Positions 10,006 through 19,560 of a stretch of DNA of 45,646 bases are shown piece after piece; within the stretch, counting starts at the first letter, position 1, and the number at the start of each line of letters is the position of its first letter. The notes below the pieces were generated by a model. It worked only from the letters and a program-made list of their open reading frames with translations, did not search any database and was not told where the DNA came from. The position numbers and the translations under genes are program-made. Origin of the DNA: a virus (lineage: Duplodnaviria > Caudoviricetes); IMG/VR virus record IMGVR_UViG_3300017784_005596, positions 1-45,646 of that record; one strand, given 5' to 3'.

Positions 10006-11689
10006 TTAATGGTTTTATCGCAAAATCAGTGCCATATAGGCTCTCATTATAGTTTATTCCTTCCGGTATTAATCTAAATGTAATATCCTCAAATGGATAA
10101 TGAGCGGTATTTAAAAACGGATAATCAACCCCTCTTTCTAAATTATCTGTAAAACCATAAGTATACAAATCTCTCCATCTAAATTGTTGGTCAGCACTTG
10201 AATAAAACGAGTAACTTGGCACTTGGTCAATAAAATTAATATCCCCTGTTTCAATATAATCCGAGAAGACCCTCAAAGTCATTTTATTATGAGGTTGATA
10301 ATAAAACCCAAATGAATTAGTGTCCGGATTATTCATTGTTTGGAAAACTGTTTGATTATAATTTATTTTATGATAATAAGTAGAAATCACCCTTTCTATT
10401 TGTTCATAATCATTCCACTCACAAAAATCACCATCCATTACATCGCCTTTCATTAAATTACCGTTATAATAGAAAGTTTTAGTAGCACCACTAGTTTGAG
10501 TATATGAAGATAATGGAACTGTTGTATTTGATTCATTATTAACTAAATCCCAATATTCATTAACCTCTTTGGTTAAATTAAATTCCCAACCTTGTTTTAA
10601 TCCCACCCCATATGAAGGCTCATTAAAATATCCGGAATATCCTTTGTTAACAATCGTTAAGAAAATTTCACTTAATGGTCGTTTTTGATTATCAATATAA
10701 CCCGCAAAATCTAAATCATATGCCGATGTCATATTGTAAGCGTTACTACTTGTTTTTTGAGATATTCTAGACAATTGATTAGGAGTTATTGAACTATATT
10801 CAAATTGTTTATCTTCTCTAAATACATTTTTTTCAAAACCAATTTTAGTAACAATAAGGTCATCTAAATTAGTAATTACCTTGTGTTCTCTAACATAATA
10901 TTTTGATTTAGTTTCCGTTAAGTTATCAGGGTTAATTACTCTTTTAAAAGTTCCCATTTCATTATCTCCAAATGTTGTACCCGTATATCCAATGTTTAAA
11001 ACATTAAACACATACTCATCACTATCAAATAACCCGTTACCCAATGAGTATACTTGGAATATGTTTGAATTCCTGTATGTTAAAGATAATTCAACATACT
11101 CATTTGGTGTTAATCCGTGGGACCCAATACATTTAAAAGAGATTAAACCATTACCATTAATTTCAATATTTTCAATAATAAATGGAATACCTTCTTCGGC
11201 CAACCAATCCATATCACCATTAGGTAAATCAGAATAATACACTAACTTTTTTTTATAATTATTTTTGTGAGGGTAGGTTAGATAATACATCCAATTATAG
11301 GTATAAGCACTCTTTGTCTTATAAGGAAAATGTTGATTATCAACAATCGGTCTAAAAAAATCAAACTCATAATATTGTGGAAACCCCTTCCAAGTCCCGT
11401 TAACAAATGATTGTTCAGGGTTTACATAATACAAATTATATTGGAAAGGTAAAAATGTTGTGGTTCCCGTATAAGTGTTGTCATACAAATACTTAACCTT
11501 AAAAGTTGGTCTGAAAACAGTGCAACCCTGTCTCTCGTCATCATAAACTTGAGCAAGACTTATAGTGGCACTTCTATCGTATTCCGTTATCTCATGACTT
11601 GTTTGGTCTAAAGATATTGATACTTTTTCATCAACAGAAGGAGCCCCTTTATATTTAAGGTTACTTGGTATTATCGTATAATTATTCAT
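9989..11689 (-). CDS. Hypothetical structural protein (566 aa)
   Basis: Long Tyr/Asn-rich ORF overlapping both neighbours in the baseplate operon. Confidence 0.6.
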   Translation of the reverse strand: MNNYTIIPSNLKYKGAPSVDEKVSISLDQTSHEITEYDRSATISLAQVYDDERQGCTVFRPTFKVKYLYDNTYTGTTTFLPFQYNLYYVNPEQSFVNGTWKGFPQYYEFDFFRPIVDNQHFPYKTKSAYTYNWMYYLTYPHKNNYKKKLVYYSDLPNGDMDWLAEEGIPFIIENIEINGNGLISFKCIGSHGLTPNEYVELSLTYRNSNIFQVYSLGNGLFDSDEYVFNVLNIGYTGTTFGDNEMGTFKRVINPDNLTETKSKYYVREHKVITNLDDLIVTKIGFEKNVFREDKQFEYSSITPNQLSRISQKTSSNAYNMTSAYDLDFAGYIDNQKRPLSEIFLTIVNKGYSGYFNEPSYGVGLKQGWEFNLTKEVNEYWDLVNNESNTTVPLSSYTQTSGATKTFYYNGNLMKGDVMDGDFCEWNDYEQIERVISTYYHKINYNQTVFQTMNNPDTNSFGFYYQPHNKMTLRVFSDYIETGDINFIDQVPSYSFYSSADQQFRWRDLYTYGFTDNLERGVDYPFLNTAHYPFEDITFRLIPEGINYNESLYGTDFAIKPLIDECE

Positions 11690-14600
11690 CTATCGAATAT
11701 AGTTCTTTAAATTTATCCAAGGCGGTCTCCCCTTTAATTAACCCAAAATAGAAATGGTTTGGGGCTCCAACCAAAAATTGTTGACTTGGGTCATACCAAT
11801 TACCGGCATTCGCAACATAAGTAAAATTATTAACTGTAGTTGCGGTACCATTAAATAAGTATCCACGTGCAAATAGGTCACTAATACTATAAATTGATGG
11901 TATCATATAACTCGGATTAATAATAGCTCTTCTATCAAGAGATTGATATTTTCTTGAAAAAATATCATTTGTATTTGTCGCCCAATTATTCCCTTGGTCA
12001 CCAAACACTCCGCCGGTAGGGGTATTCTTTATTCTCCATTGATAATACGGAACTTCCTGTGATATAATACCATAAGGATATGTAATAGCATTTGCGTTGT
12101 TTGACGGTCTAAAATCAATAACACCAGGTGTTAAGTAATCTTTATTTTGTAAATCTTGAGTTGTTGATGAGAAAAATACCGCCATTGTTGGGTCACTTGA
12201 ACCCGCTAATATCTGAACTGGGTCATCAATTGCCCCTGTTACACTATAAAATTCTGGAGAAAACGGTATTACACCATATTCCGAATTAATCGACATTGAT
12301 TGCGCTAAGTCTGCATCAATTCTTCTTGAACTACCATCTCGAGTAAATAATTGTTGTAACGAATTATCTCCTAACGCAATAATTTGAGCTAAAAATCCTT
12401 CATCAGTAATTCTTGAGATAACAAATAAATTTACTAAATCTGAAGTATCCGAATAACTAGTTGGTGTAAGACTTTTCATAATATAACCTTTAGCTGATGG
12501 GTCAAAAATTATTTCTTGATAAAAATCATCTTTAATACCTAAATTAATAATTGTTGTCGGAAATAATAAATTTCTTCTATTTACGGGAGCACTTAATCCT
12601 GCGACCGGTCTACCGATAAACACACCTGAACCTGAAGTAGCACTAGTTAATCTATAAGGAGAACTTCTATAATAAAAATTATTAGTATCTTTTTCATAAT
12701 AAACAACTTCTTTAGCGAATCTTGGGTCTTCCGGTTCATTTAATTTATTAAAATAGGTATCAACTTGTATTGGAAATGCATATAAACTACCATTAACCCA
12801 ATTATTCATAAATGATTGTGATAATACTCCTCGACATAATCCATAGAAAAATCTGAATCTAAACCCCCATTCAGCAAATGTCCCTAAATCTTGACCTAAA
12901 TCAAACAATGGTCTATTAACCATTATGTAACATCCATTTTCAACAACATCTCCGGCCTGACATCCAAATGATACACCAAAGTTCACACCATTACCACTAT
13001 AACATTCTAAACCAACCATTTCTTCACAACTTCCTAAAGTGTTTAACACATTAGTTGCCGCTATTTGTCCTTCTATATCCGCAGTGACTAAATCAGCACC
13101 TAATGAAATTGTTGGATTGTTAAAGGTATATCCTTCATCTCCAATAGGGTAAACCGCAAATCCAGCATTTTGTTGTAATAAACTAACACTACCTGTTAAA
13201 ATCTCCTTATCATCAATAAAATCTGAAGATGGTAATCTATCGGTTCTCATAATAATTTGAGATGAACTAGTCATATTTACCTCAGGTATACCTGAATATA
13301 AAATAGGACTAAAGTATGTTGGGGTATCTGTTGGAATAAGAACATCAATATAGTCTCCAGGTTTTTCACCAACTGCAGTATCTTTAAAATTACTAACAAT
13401 TTTAACTACTTGATAACCACCTTTTGTCATAATAGCACCTCCTGATAAATCTTCGGAACCATCATAAAGATTATCTGCTGAAGTGGCAGAATATAATCTA
13501 TTTGTAGATTTTGATGCAACTCCGGTTATAATAGGAGGTGAAGTAGGATTGACCGATATGTTTTGAACATAATTAGTCGAAATTAATGAAGGGTTTGTAG
13601 TAAAAACTCTTGATACTGTTGAGTCTAATGCTCCATAAAACCCAAAATTTGGTGTTGTATAGGCAGAATAATTAAGACCCGGACTTGTTTGTCCAACAAT
13701 TCCTGGAGTATAAAAATAAGATGAATAACATATATTATTTTGGTTATTGTGTTTTTGTACCGAAACACCATTAGAAGTTGGAAGGGCTTGTATAGGAATA
13801 TTCATTCTTGTCATTGCGGTAAAACTTACTGCATCCTCAGTATTATAACCTAATATACGTCCAATACCGTATCTATTTACCATTAATGGAGAATATGGGT
13901 CAACCCCTCGTTGTAATATAAGAACTTTTTGAGTTTCATATTCCGCAAAATTTGAGGTTGGTAATGTATAAATTGCACTGGATAACTGATATACACTTAC
14001 AGAATTATAATTAGGATATGCGACAGGTAGAAGACCAGATTGAGCATTTCCTCCACTATCCGCTTCACCGGTAAAAACAGTAAAGGTGGCCAATCTATTA
14101 TCAGCATTTAATGTTTTCCAAAAACTTGGTCCGGTTGTTCCAATAGAACCCGGAAATGAATACTGTGGCTGTCCATTAACAATTGTCTTAGTAATAGTAA
14201 TAGCAGTCAATACCTGATAATATTCAATATCCGATGGATAAATATAATTTTGACAACCCACACCATAAGTTACCGCAGAATACTCAGCAGTTCCACCAGT
14301 ATTTGTTAAATCAATACAATCAACATTTGTAATACCGGTAATTAACGGAAATTCAGGAGTAATTAACCCCTCAGGATTAGTGGTTCCTGTTGTTTGACCT
14401 GTAAATAATAAAGTTACTTTAGACCCCGGACAAGTTCGATAAGTCACGGTTCCCGGTTCGGTTATTGAAATAACCATACTCTGTACACATTCAGAAGGAT
14501 ATGCCGGAATATCATAAGTAACAACAGTATCGGAAGTTTGAGTAAGAGCATAACGAACATCAGCCGTAAACGCACTTGTCTTAATAATACCATTAATACC

Positions 14601-17057
14601 ATTAACTTTATAACCACCCGATGCTGTAATCCCTGAATATAAATAATTCTTATCTTTAGTTTTTTTTGGGTCAACAAATGATAATAACGTACCCGGTTCT
14701 AATTCTAAAACACCTAATACTGTCAATGTATTATCAAGATGACTTTTTGTACCATTTGTTGGTGCCGAAAAAGTAACTTTAATCTTATTTACATTATCAA
14801 AGTATTTTTTTCTAGTATTGTAAATATTAACTCTTTCACCCGGTGGAATTGTAAATCCATCTGTACGTAAATTAGATTGATTGGGATATGTAAAAGAACC
14901 TGAATTATTAATTTTAAAAACTGTAGGATTTTTTGGTTTTGACAAACTACCTGATATAGCCTGACCCTGCATAGTAGATTCCATCTGAAAATATGTTTCA
15001 TAATCTTCGTCATCAGCACTAACTCCGGGCCAACTACGGGGTGTTGACATATCATAAGTTTGTAAATTCTCGGAATACTGAGCTCCGTTGGAAAGTTGAC
15101 TTAACAATCCTGATGAAGGTGCTTGTTCCGTTTCATCATCAGGATTTGGAGATGTTGACTCAGCATCACATTCACAAGATTGACAATCGGGATAAGTTAT
15201 CATTGGTAATTTAATTCTACCAAATTTATAAGCAACAATTTCTTTAAACTTAAGAGCAATTATTACAATAGCTGACGCATATAAAGCCGCCAACAATGAA
15301 TGTCCAATTATTAATCCCGCCGTCGCCCCAAACGAGGCACTACCGGCAATTGCCCCTGCAACCAAAGATATTTCAGCCGCCACCTGCTTAACCAACTGAA
15401 ATACTAAAAAAGCTAATATTGGAACTGCAAAATTATTCCATAGGAACGCTAAAAAGTGATAGATAATTAATAAAGGTAAACCAATTAATTGTATTACTTG
15501 TAGTATTATTGAAAATATAAAAAAGAATAAATCAAAATTTCTAAACCCCTCATTAACAGGAAATTTATTAATTGTGGACGCACATTCATTACTATCAATT
15601 TCTTTAATACCAATAAACCTACCTTTAGCACCATTCTTAAATTGGTCAATAAAACCTGAGACAGTATAAACTTTATTAAATTGAAATTGATAAAAAGTAT
15701 CATCACAATTTATTTTTTGATTTAATATATTGTCATGTAATGTTCTTTGAGTTGCAGTTTGTGTACGAAAACCCTCAGTATATCCCGACCAATCAAGTCC
15801 AAAATAATATGAACTTTTTTGTCGTAAAGCACTATCAGTTCCTGTACCTGCAATTGTTGGGTCACTATTATTAGAAGCCCACCCATATTCTTTAACATTT
15901 GGTACTAAGAAATAGGCACGTCTTGTTTGTTCCGATAGACTAGGCGATTGAGACCATTTAACTTTAAATCTATATTTTCCTTTAGTTGGAATACCTACTG
16001 CAGGGTCATTTGAAATCACTTTTTCACCAAATTCATTGGTAATAAAATAATCTAGATTCATTGGTAATTCGGTTAACCAAACCCCATTACCGTCAATAAT
16101 ATTACCTGACTTTTCTAATTGATGTAGTTCAAGTATTGGATTACCGTTAGCATCATAATTAATTGTTTGTCGTATTGCTAAAATAGAACCAGGACCCGCG
16201 GCTAATTCACATAAATTACCCATATCGTCTTTTGGTTTTGCATTTCTTCTAAGTCTTTGAGAATCAGCGGTTGAGTAAATTGACCCCATGAATACTGAGG
16301 TTGGTTGTATGTCAATATTTGCATCATCTCTAAGGTCAAAGTCAACACGATTAACAGCAATTTGACATATTTCAGGGTCACCCCACAATGGCGCAACTGA
16401 CAAAGTTCTTGTTAAACTAATAATTTGAGGTAATGATGATAAATCATTCGAAGTTTTAAATCGGTTACCACCTACTTGACCTTCAGTAGCCAACCCCATT
16501 CTAATTAAATCTTGAGGTGTTAAAGAAAACTCCCCAATATCTGATAAGTCAACATCCATGACTAAAGTTTGAGAACCTAATGGAACTCCCATTATCATAT
16601 AGTCACCACTTTCGTTTGTCTTGGTTGTGTATTTGTAGTATTTGTCGTAAATCTCAACCGCAATACCATCGGTTAATGCATCATCTCTCGTAGGTAAAGT
16701 ACCTGTTGCCGCGTGAGCAGAATACGACTTTTCATAAGGTAAAAGATTATATCTAAACCCATCCTCATTTTTATCAGTCGGTGATTTGTAAGGGTAGATA
16801 CTTGATATCAGTGGATTAGATTCATCAACTGATGATATTGGAATAAACACTGATACTCGGGCATTTGGAATACCAAAACCATTATTTGCAGTAACCCTTC
16901 CAACAACAACACCGTATTCAGAACAACTTCTACTATAAACGTCAGTTTGTTGTATTTTTAACGATAAGATTTCTAAGAACTCAAAATCTTGGTCTAACTG
17001 AACATTAATTGTTTTGTTAATACCTAATTCGGTTCTAATTCTATATGACTGACCCAT
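11682..17057 (-). CDS. Large baseplate-associated protein (1791 aa) with N-terminal carboxypeptidase-regulatory-like fold and internal hydrophobic (TM-like) segment
   Basis: VVGRVTANNGFGIPNARVSV...TTKTNESGDYMIMGVPLGSQTL (prealbumin-like pattern). Hydrophobic run FDLFFFIFSIILQVIQLIGLPLLII...AIVIIALKF followed by YPDCQSCEC. Directly downstream of the gp6-like gene. Confidence 0.65.
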   Translation of the reverse strand: MGQSYRIRTELGINKTINVQLDQDFEFLEILSLKIQQTDVYSRSCSEYGVVVGRVTANNGFGIPNARVSVFIPISSVDESNPLISSIYPYKSPTDKNEDGFRYNLLPYEKSYSAHAATGTLPTRDDALTDGIAVEIYDKYYKYTTKTNESGDYMIMGVPLGSQTLVMDVDLSDIGEFSLTPQDLIRMGLATEGQVGGNRFKTSNDLSSLPQIISLTRTLSVAPLWGDPEICQIAVNRVDFDLRDDANIDIQPTSVFMGSIYSTADSQRLRRNAKPKDDMGNLCELAAGPGSILAIRQTINYDANGNPILELHQLEKSGNIIDGNGVWLTELPMNLDYFITNEFGEKVISNDPAVGIPTKGKYRFKVKWSQSPSLSEQTRRAYFLVPNVKEYGWASNNSDPTIAGTGTDSALRQKSSYYFGLDWSGYTEGFRTQTATQRTLHDNILNQKINCDDTFYQFQFNKVYTVSGFIDQFKNGAKGRFIGIKEIDSNECASTINKFPVNEGFRNFDLFFFIFSIILQVIQLIGLPLLIIYHFLAFLWNNFAVPILAFLVFQLVKQVAAEISLVAGAIAGSASFGATAGLIIGHSLLAALYASAIVIIALKFKEIVAYKFGRIKLPMITYPDCQSCECDAESTSPNPDDETEQAPSSGLLSQLSNGAQYSENLQTYDMSTPRSWPGVSADDEDYETYFQMESTMQGQAISGSLSKPKNPTVFKINNSGSFTYPNQSNLRTDGFTIPPGERVNIYNTRKKYFDNVNKIKVTFSAPTNGTKSHLDNTLTVLGVLELEPGTLLSFVDPKKTKDKNYLYSGITASGGYKVNGINGIIKTSAFTADVRYALTQTSDTVVTYDIPAYPSECVQSMVISITEPGTVTYRTCPGSKVTLLFTGQTTGTTNPEGLITPEFPLITGITNVDCIDLTNTGGTAEYSAVTYGVGCQNYIYPSDIEYYQVLTAITITKTIVNGQPQYSFPGSIGTTGPSFWKTLNADNRLATFTVFTGEADSGGNAQSGLLPVAYPNYNSVSVYQLSSAIYTLPTSNFAEYETQKVLILQRGVDPYSPLMVNRYGIGRILGYNTEDAVSFTAMTRMNIPIQALPTSNGVSVQKHNNQNNICYSSYFYTPGIVGQTSPGLNYSAYTTPNFGFYGALDSTVSRVFTTNPSLISTNYVQNISVNPTSPPIITGVASKSTNRLYSATSADNLYDGSEDLSGGAIMTKGGYQVVKIVSNFKDTAVGEKPGDYIDVLIPTDTPTYFSPILYSGIPEVNMTSSSQIIMRTDRLPSSDFIDDKEILTGSVSLLQQNAGFAVYPIGDEGYTFNNPTISLGADLVTADIEGQIAATNVLNTLGSCEEMVGLECYSGNGVNFGVSFGCQAGDVVENGCYIMVNRPLFDLGQDLGTFAEWGFRFRFFYGLCRGVLSQSFMNNWVNGSLYAFPIQVDTYFNKLNEPEDPRFAKEVVYYEKDTNNFYYRSSPYRLTSATSGSGVFIGRPVAGLSAPVNRRNLLFPTTIINLGIKDDFYQEIIFDPSAKGYIMKSLTPTSYSDTSDLVNLFVISRITDEGFLAQIIALGDNSLQQLFTRDGSSRRIDADLAQSMSINSEYGVIPFSPEFYSVTGAIDDPVQILAGSSDPTMAVFFSSTTQDLQNKDYLTPGVIDFRPSNNANAITYPYGIISQEVPYYQWRIKNTPTGGVFGDQGNNWATNTNDIFSRKYQSLDRRAIINPSYMIPSIYSISDLFARGYLFNGTATTVNNFTYVANAGNWYDPSQQFLVGAPNHFYFGLIKGETALDKFKELYSIDE

Positions 17058-17071
17058 TCAATTCTTTAATT

Positions 17072-17079
17072 TATAAATA
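17072..17079 (-). promoter_or_regulatory. Putative late-promoter motif TATTTATA
   Basis: 15 nt upstream of ATG 17057. Confidence 0.6.
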
Positions 17080-17151
17080 GTTTATGTGTGATTTTTCAAG
17101 TTAACACACACCATATTTAATTATAAACTAGTTAAGCCATAAATAAACCTG

Positions 17152-18990
17152 TTAAGAGAAGGTAACTGATTGGAAATTTTTAACCGATACTCTAATATCT
17201 TTGTTAGGGTATCTAACTTGGTATACTTGAGATGGTTGAGCAAAGATTGTATCATCAACGGTAGCAATTTCTTTAGTTTCCGCATTTGAATACTCCATAG
17301 ATGTTTCGGCAGATGAATATTGACCTCCAACATTATTATAAACGTTTAACCCTGCAACAGTTAATACACCATTTTGATTTTGAACAATACTTTTCAATTC
17401 TGATAAATAAACATTTTGACCTAACTCTCGTGTTTGAGGATTAAAGTAAGTTGAAATCCTATCAACAACATCCGAAATAACTTGTCCTGAATTTTGGGCA
17501 GAATCTAAAACAATTTGAACATCAATACTTAAGTCAATAACCTCAGCGGTTAGAATTGAAATGTAATCATTCATCATTCTATAATTTGATAGATAATTTG
17601 CAACATTCTGTCTCAAAGTATCTGATACAATACTTGTTAATTTTCCTGAAGTGTCATAAGATAATAATTGAATTAATATCTTATTATTATTTTCCGTAAT
17701 TGAAACTTTAGCAGGAGCTCCAAACTCTGCAGGCATATTTCTAATAATCGATTCGTAATCTTGAACAGTAACTGCTCTTTTTTGTGCTGAGAAGTTAAAT
17801 GATACATAGTTTCTAATTTCTTCTAATGATGGGACACCAGAACCTCCAATAGCTGCAGTCACATTATTACATCTTAATGAATTAACCACAGATGAGTTTG
17901 TTAGTTCAGATGGTCCATTAACAAAGAAATTAACGGTAGCAATTTGATTAATAACATTTGTCCCTAAATTTGTTGCCAAACCACCACCAACTCTATATTG
18001 AATAAATAAAGTTGAATTAGGTGTTAAAGCTGACCCTAATGAGAAGTTATTTGAATATCTTTGTAAATCAATTGTTGCACCAACTGTTGTGAATTGGTCT
18101 AAAGCATCTTGAGCAGTATTAGTACCACCACCAAATGTCATTTTCTTAAATCCTTCGGGAGTATATTCTGTTATAAATCTATTAGATGTTTGAATATACT
18201 TTCCAACTTTAATACCCGGTTGGTCTGAAACTTTTGTTGGGTCTTCAATGAATACTCTGTCTTCCGCTAATGCATCAACCTCATAAAATTTGTTTGATAC
18301 CCCTAAAAATTCAGCAGTTGACGGTACATTCGTATACTCTGTACCACTTTTCAATAATACACTTGTAATACCTAATACATTTTTTTCAGGTAAGAATAAT
18401 TCAAAGAATGGTTTAACATCATTTGGAGTAATAACTCTTTTAAATACTTTAGTGATACCATTAACAACCAATTCTCTTTTTGTAATTGTATAATTAATAA
18501 GAACGTTATTAGCATTAAAATTTGGTATTTTTAAACGGTTTGGGAAACCTTGTGCATTATATGGAGATGTAAAATCAATATCATATATGTTTTCGAATAC
18601 AATACCGGCACCAACAATTTGAGACCCTCTAGTTAATGTACCTAAGTATCTCTCATCCTCTTTATCCCCGAAAGCCGGAACTGTGATGGAAAAATCAACT
18701 AACGCAACTGATGGTCTTTGCCCCGGTAGTTTTAAACCATAAGTTCTAGCAATATTGTAGATAGATGACCTTTGTTGAGCATACTGTAAAACAGTTTCTT
18801 GGATACTTCTATCTATATGGTAATGTAAGTTATCCGCAACCGCAGCATTCAAGTCTATGAATACAGAGAACACAGAAGCATCGTTGAAGTCCTGTATTAA
18901 TTCAGGGTAGTAAGTTCTTACATAGTTTAATAACTCAGTTCTTATCCCCTGATAATCTCTTGTAGTATATGATATATTACGATTTGCCAT
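17152..18990 (-). CDS. Baseplate wedge subunit, T4 gp6 / baseplate J-like (612 aa)
   Basis: N-terminal YTTRDYQGIRTELLNY...DFNDAS...AQQRSSIYNIARTYG and KRAVTVQDYE are gp6/J family motifs. Follows the gp25-like gene. Confidence 0.9.
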   Translation of the reverse strand: MANRNISYTTRDYQGIRTELLNYVRTYYPELIQDFNDASVFSVFIDLNAAVADNLHYHIDRSIQETVLQYAQQRSSIYNIARTYGLKLPGQRPSVALVDFSITVPAFGDKEDERYLGTLTRGSQIVGAGIVFENIYDIDFTSPYNAQGFPNRLKIPNFNANNVLINYTITKRELVVNGITKVFKRVITPNDVKPFFELFLPEKNVLGITSVLLKSGTEYTNVPSTAEFLGVSNKFYEVDALAEDRVFIEDPTKVSDQPGIKVGKYIQTSNRFITEYTPEGFKKMTFGGGTNTAQDALDQFTTVGATIDLQRYSNNFSLGSALTPNSTLFIQYRVGGGLATNLGTNVINQIATVNFFVNGPSELTNSSVVNSLRCNNVTAAIGGSGVPSLEEIRNYVSFNFSAQKRAVTVQDYESIIRNMPAEFGAPAKVSITENNNKILIQLLSYDTSGKLTSIVSDTLRQNVANYLSNYRMMNDYISILTAEVIDLSIDVQIVLDSAQNSGQVISDVVDRISTYFNPQTRELGQNVYLSELKSIVQNQNGVLTVAGLNVYNNVGGQYSSAETSMEYSNAETKEIATVDDTIFAQPSQVYQVRYPNKDIRVSVKNFQSVTFS

Positions 18991-18996
18991 ACAATA

Positions 18997-19467
18997 TTAA
19001 ATATTAATGATAATGAAATCACTCGGACCAAAAGTCGATTTATTGGTTGAGTAATCTATTTTTATTTTTGCGGTATATTCTGAAGTTCCCTTACCGGGAA
19101 ATCTATAAACTGACGATTCACTACTCCCTAAAGTTGCAGTACCTGTTGCTATGTCGACTTCTTCTTGAGGGTCAGCGGGACTTATGGTGATTTGATTTAA
19201 TAACAAATTTGGCATAAAAGCACCTACCGCATCTCGAATATCAGATTCAATTGCGTCAAACGTTAACCCATCAAATGGTTCAAACAAAAACTCATAAAGT
19301 CTTGTACCAAATGTCGGTAAATAATATCTTGAACCTTTTCGAGTTAAGAGTAAGTGAATTAAATCCGCTTTAATCTCTTGTGCTTCGTATTCGGTAAGTT
19401 GTAGAAAGTCACCCTTTACCGAATCCCTAAAAGGGAAATTAAGACCATATGTTGTTCCGTCTGCCAT
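18997..19467 (-). CDS. Baseplate wedge / sheath initiator, T4 gp25-like (156 aa)
   Basis: IKADLIHLLLTRKGSRYYLPTFGTRLYEFLFEP is the GPW/gp25 signature. Confidence 0.9.
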   Translation of the reverse strand: MADGTTYGLNFPFRDSVKGDFLQLTEYEAQEIKADLIHLLLTRKGSRYYLPTFGTRLYEFLFEPFDGLTFDAIESDIRDAVGAFMPNLLLNQITISPADPQEEVDIATGTATLGSSESSVYRFPGKGTSEYTAKIKIDYSTNKSTFGPSDFIIINI

Positions 19468-19497
19468 ATCTATAATTATAGTGTTATGATTATTTCT

Positions 19498-19505
19498 TAT
19501 AAATA
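19498..19505 (-). promoter_or_regulatory. Putative late-promoter motif TATTTATA
   Basis: 31 nt upstream of ATG 19467, immediately after the nrdA terminator. Confidence 0.55.
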
Positions 19506-19510
19506 CCTAA

Positions 19511-19539
19511 AAATAAAAAATCCCGACATTGTCGGGATT
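19511..19539 (-). terminator. Intrinsic terminator after nrdA
   Basis: Minus strand AATCCCGAC-AAT-GTCGGGATT followed by TTTTATTT. Confidence 0.85.
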
Positions 19540-19560
19540 AATATAATTATTAGTATTTTA

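Noticed and set aside
17084-17150. Weak inverted repeat TGTGTG...CACACA and an extra TATTTAT at 17139-17145 in the gp6/1791-aa intergenic region
   Set aside because: The stem is short with a long loop and no U-tract; not distinguishable from chance in AT-rich DNA.
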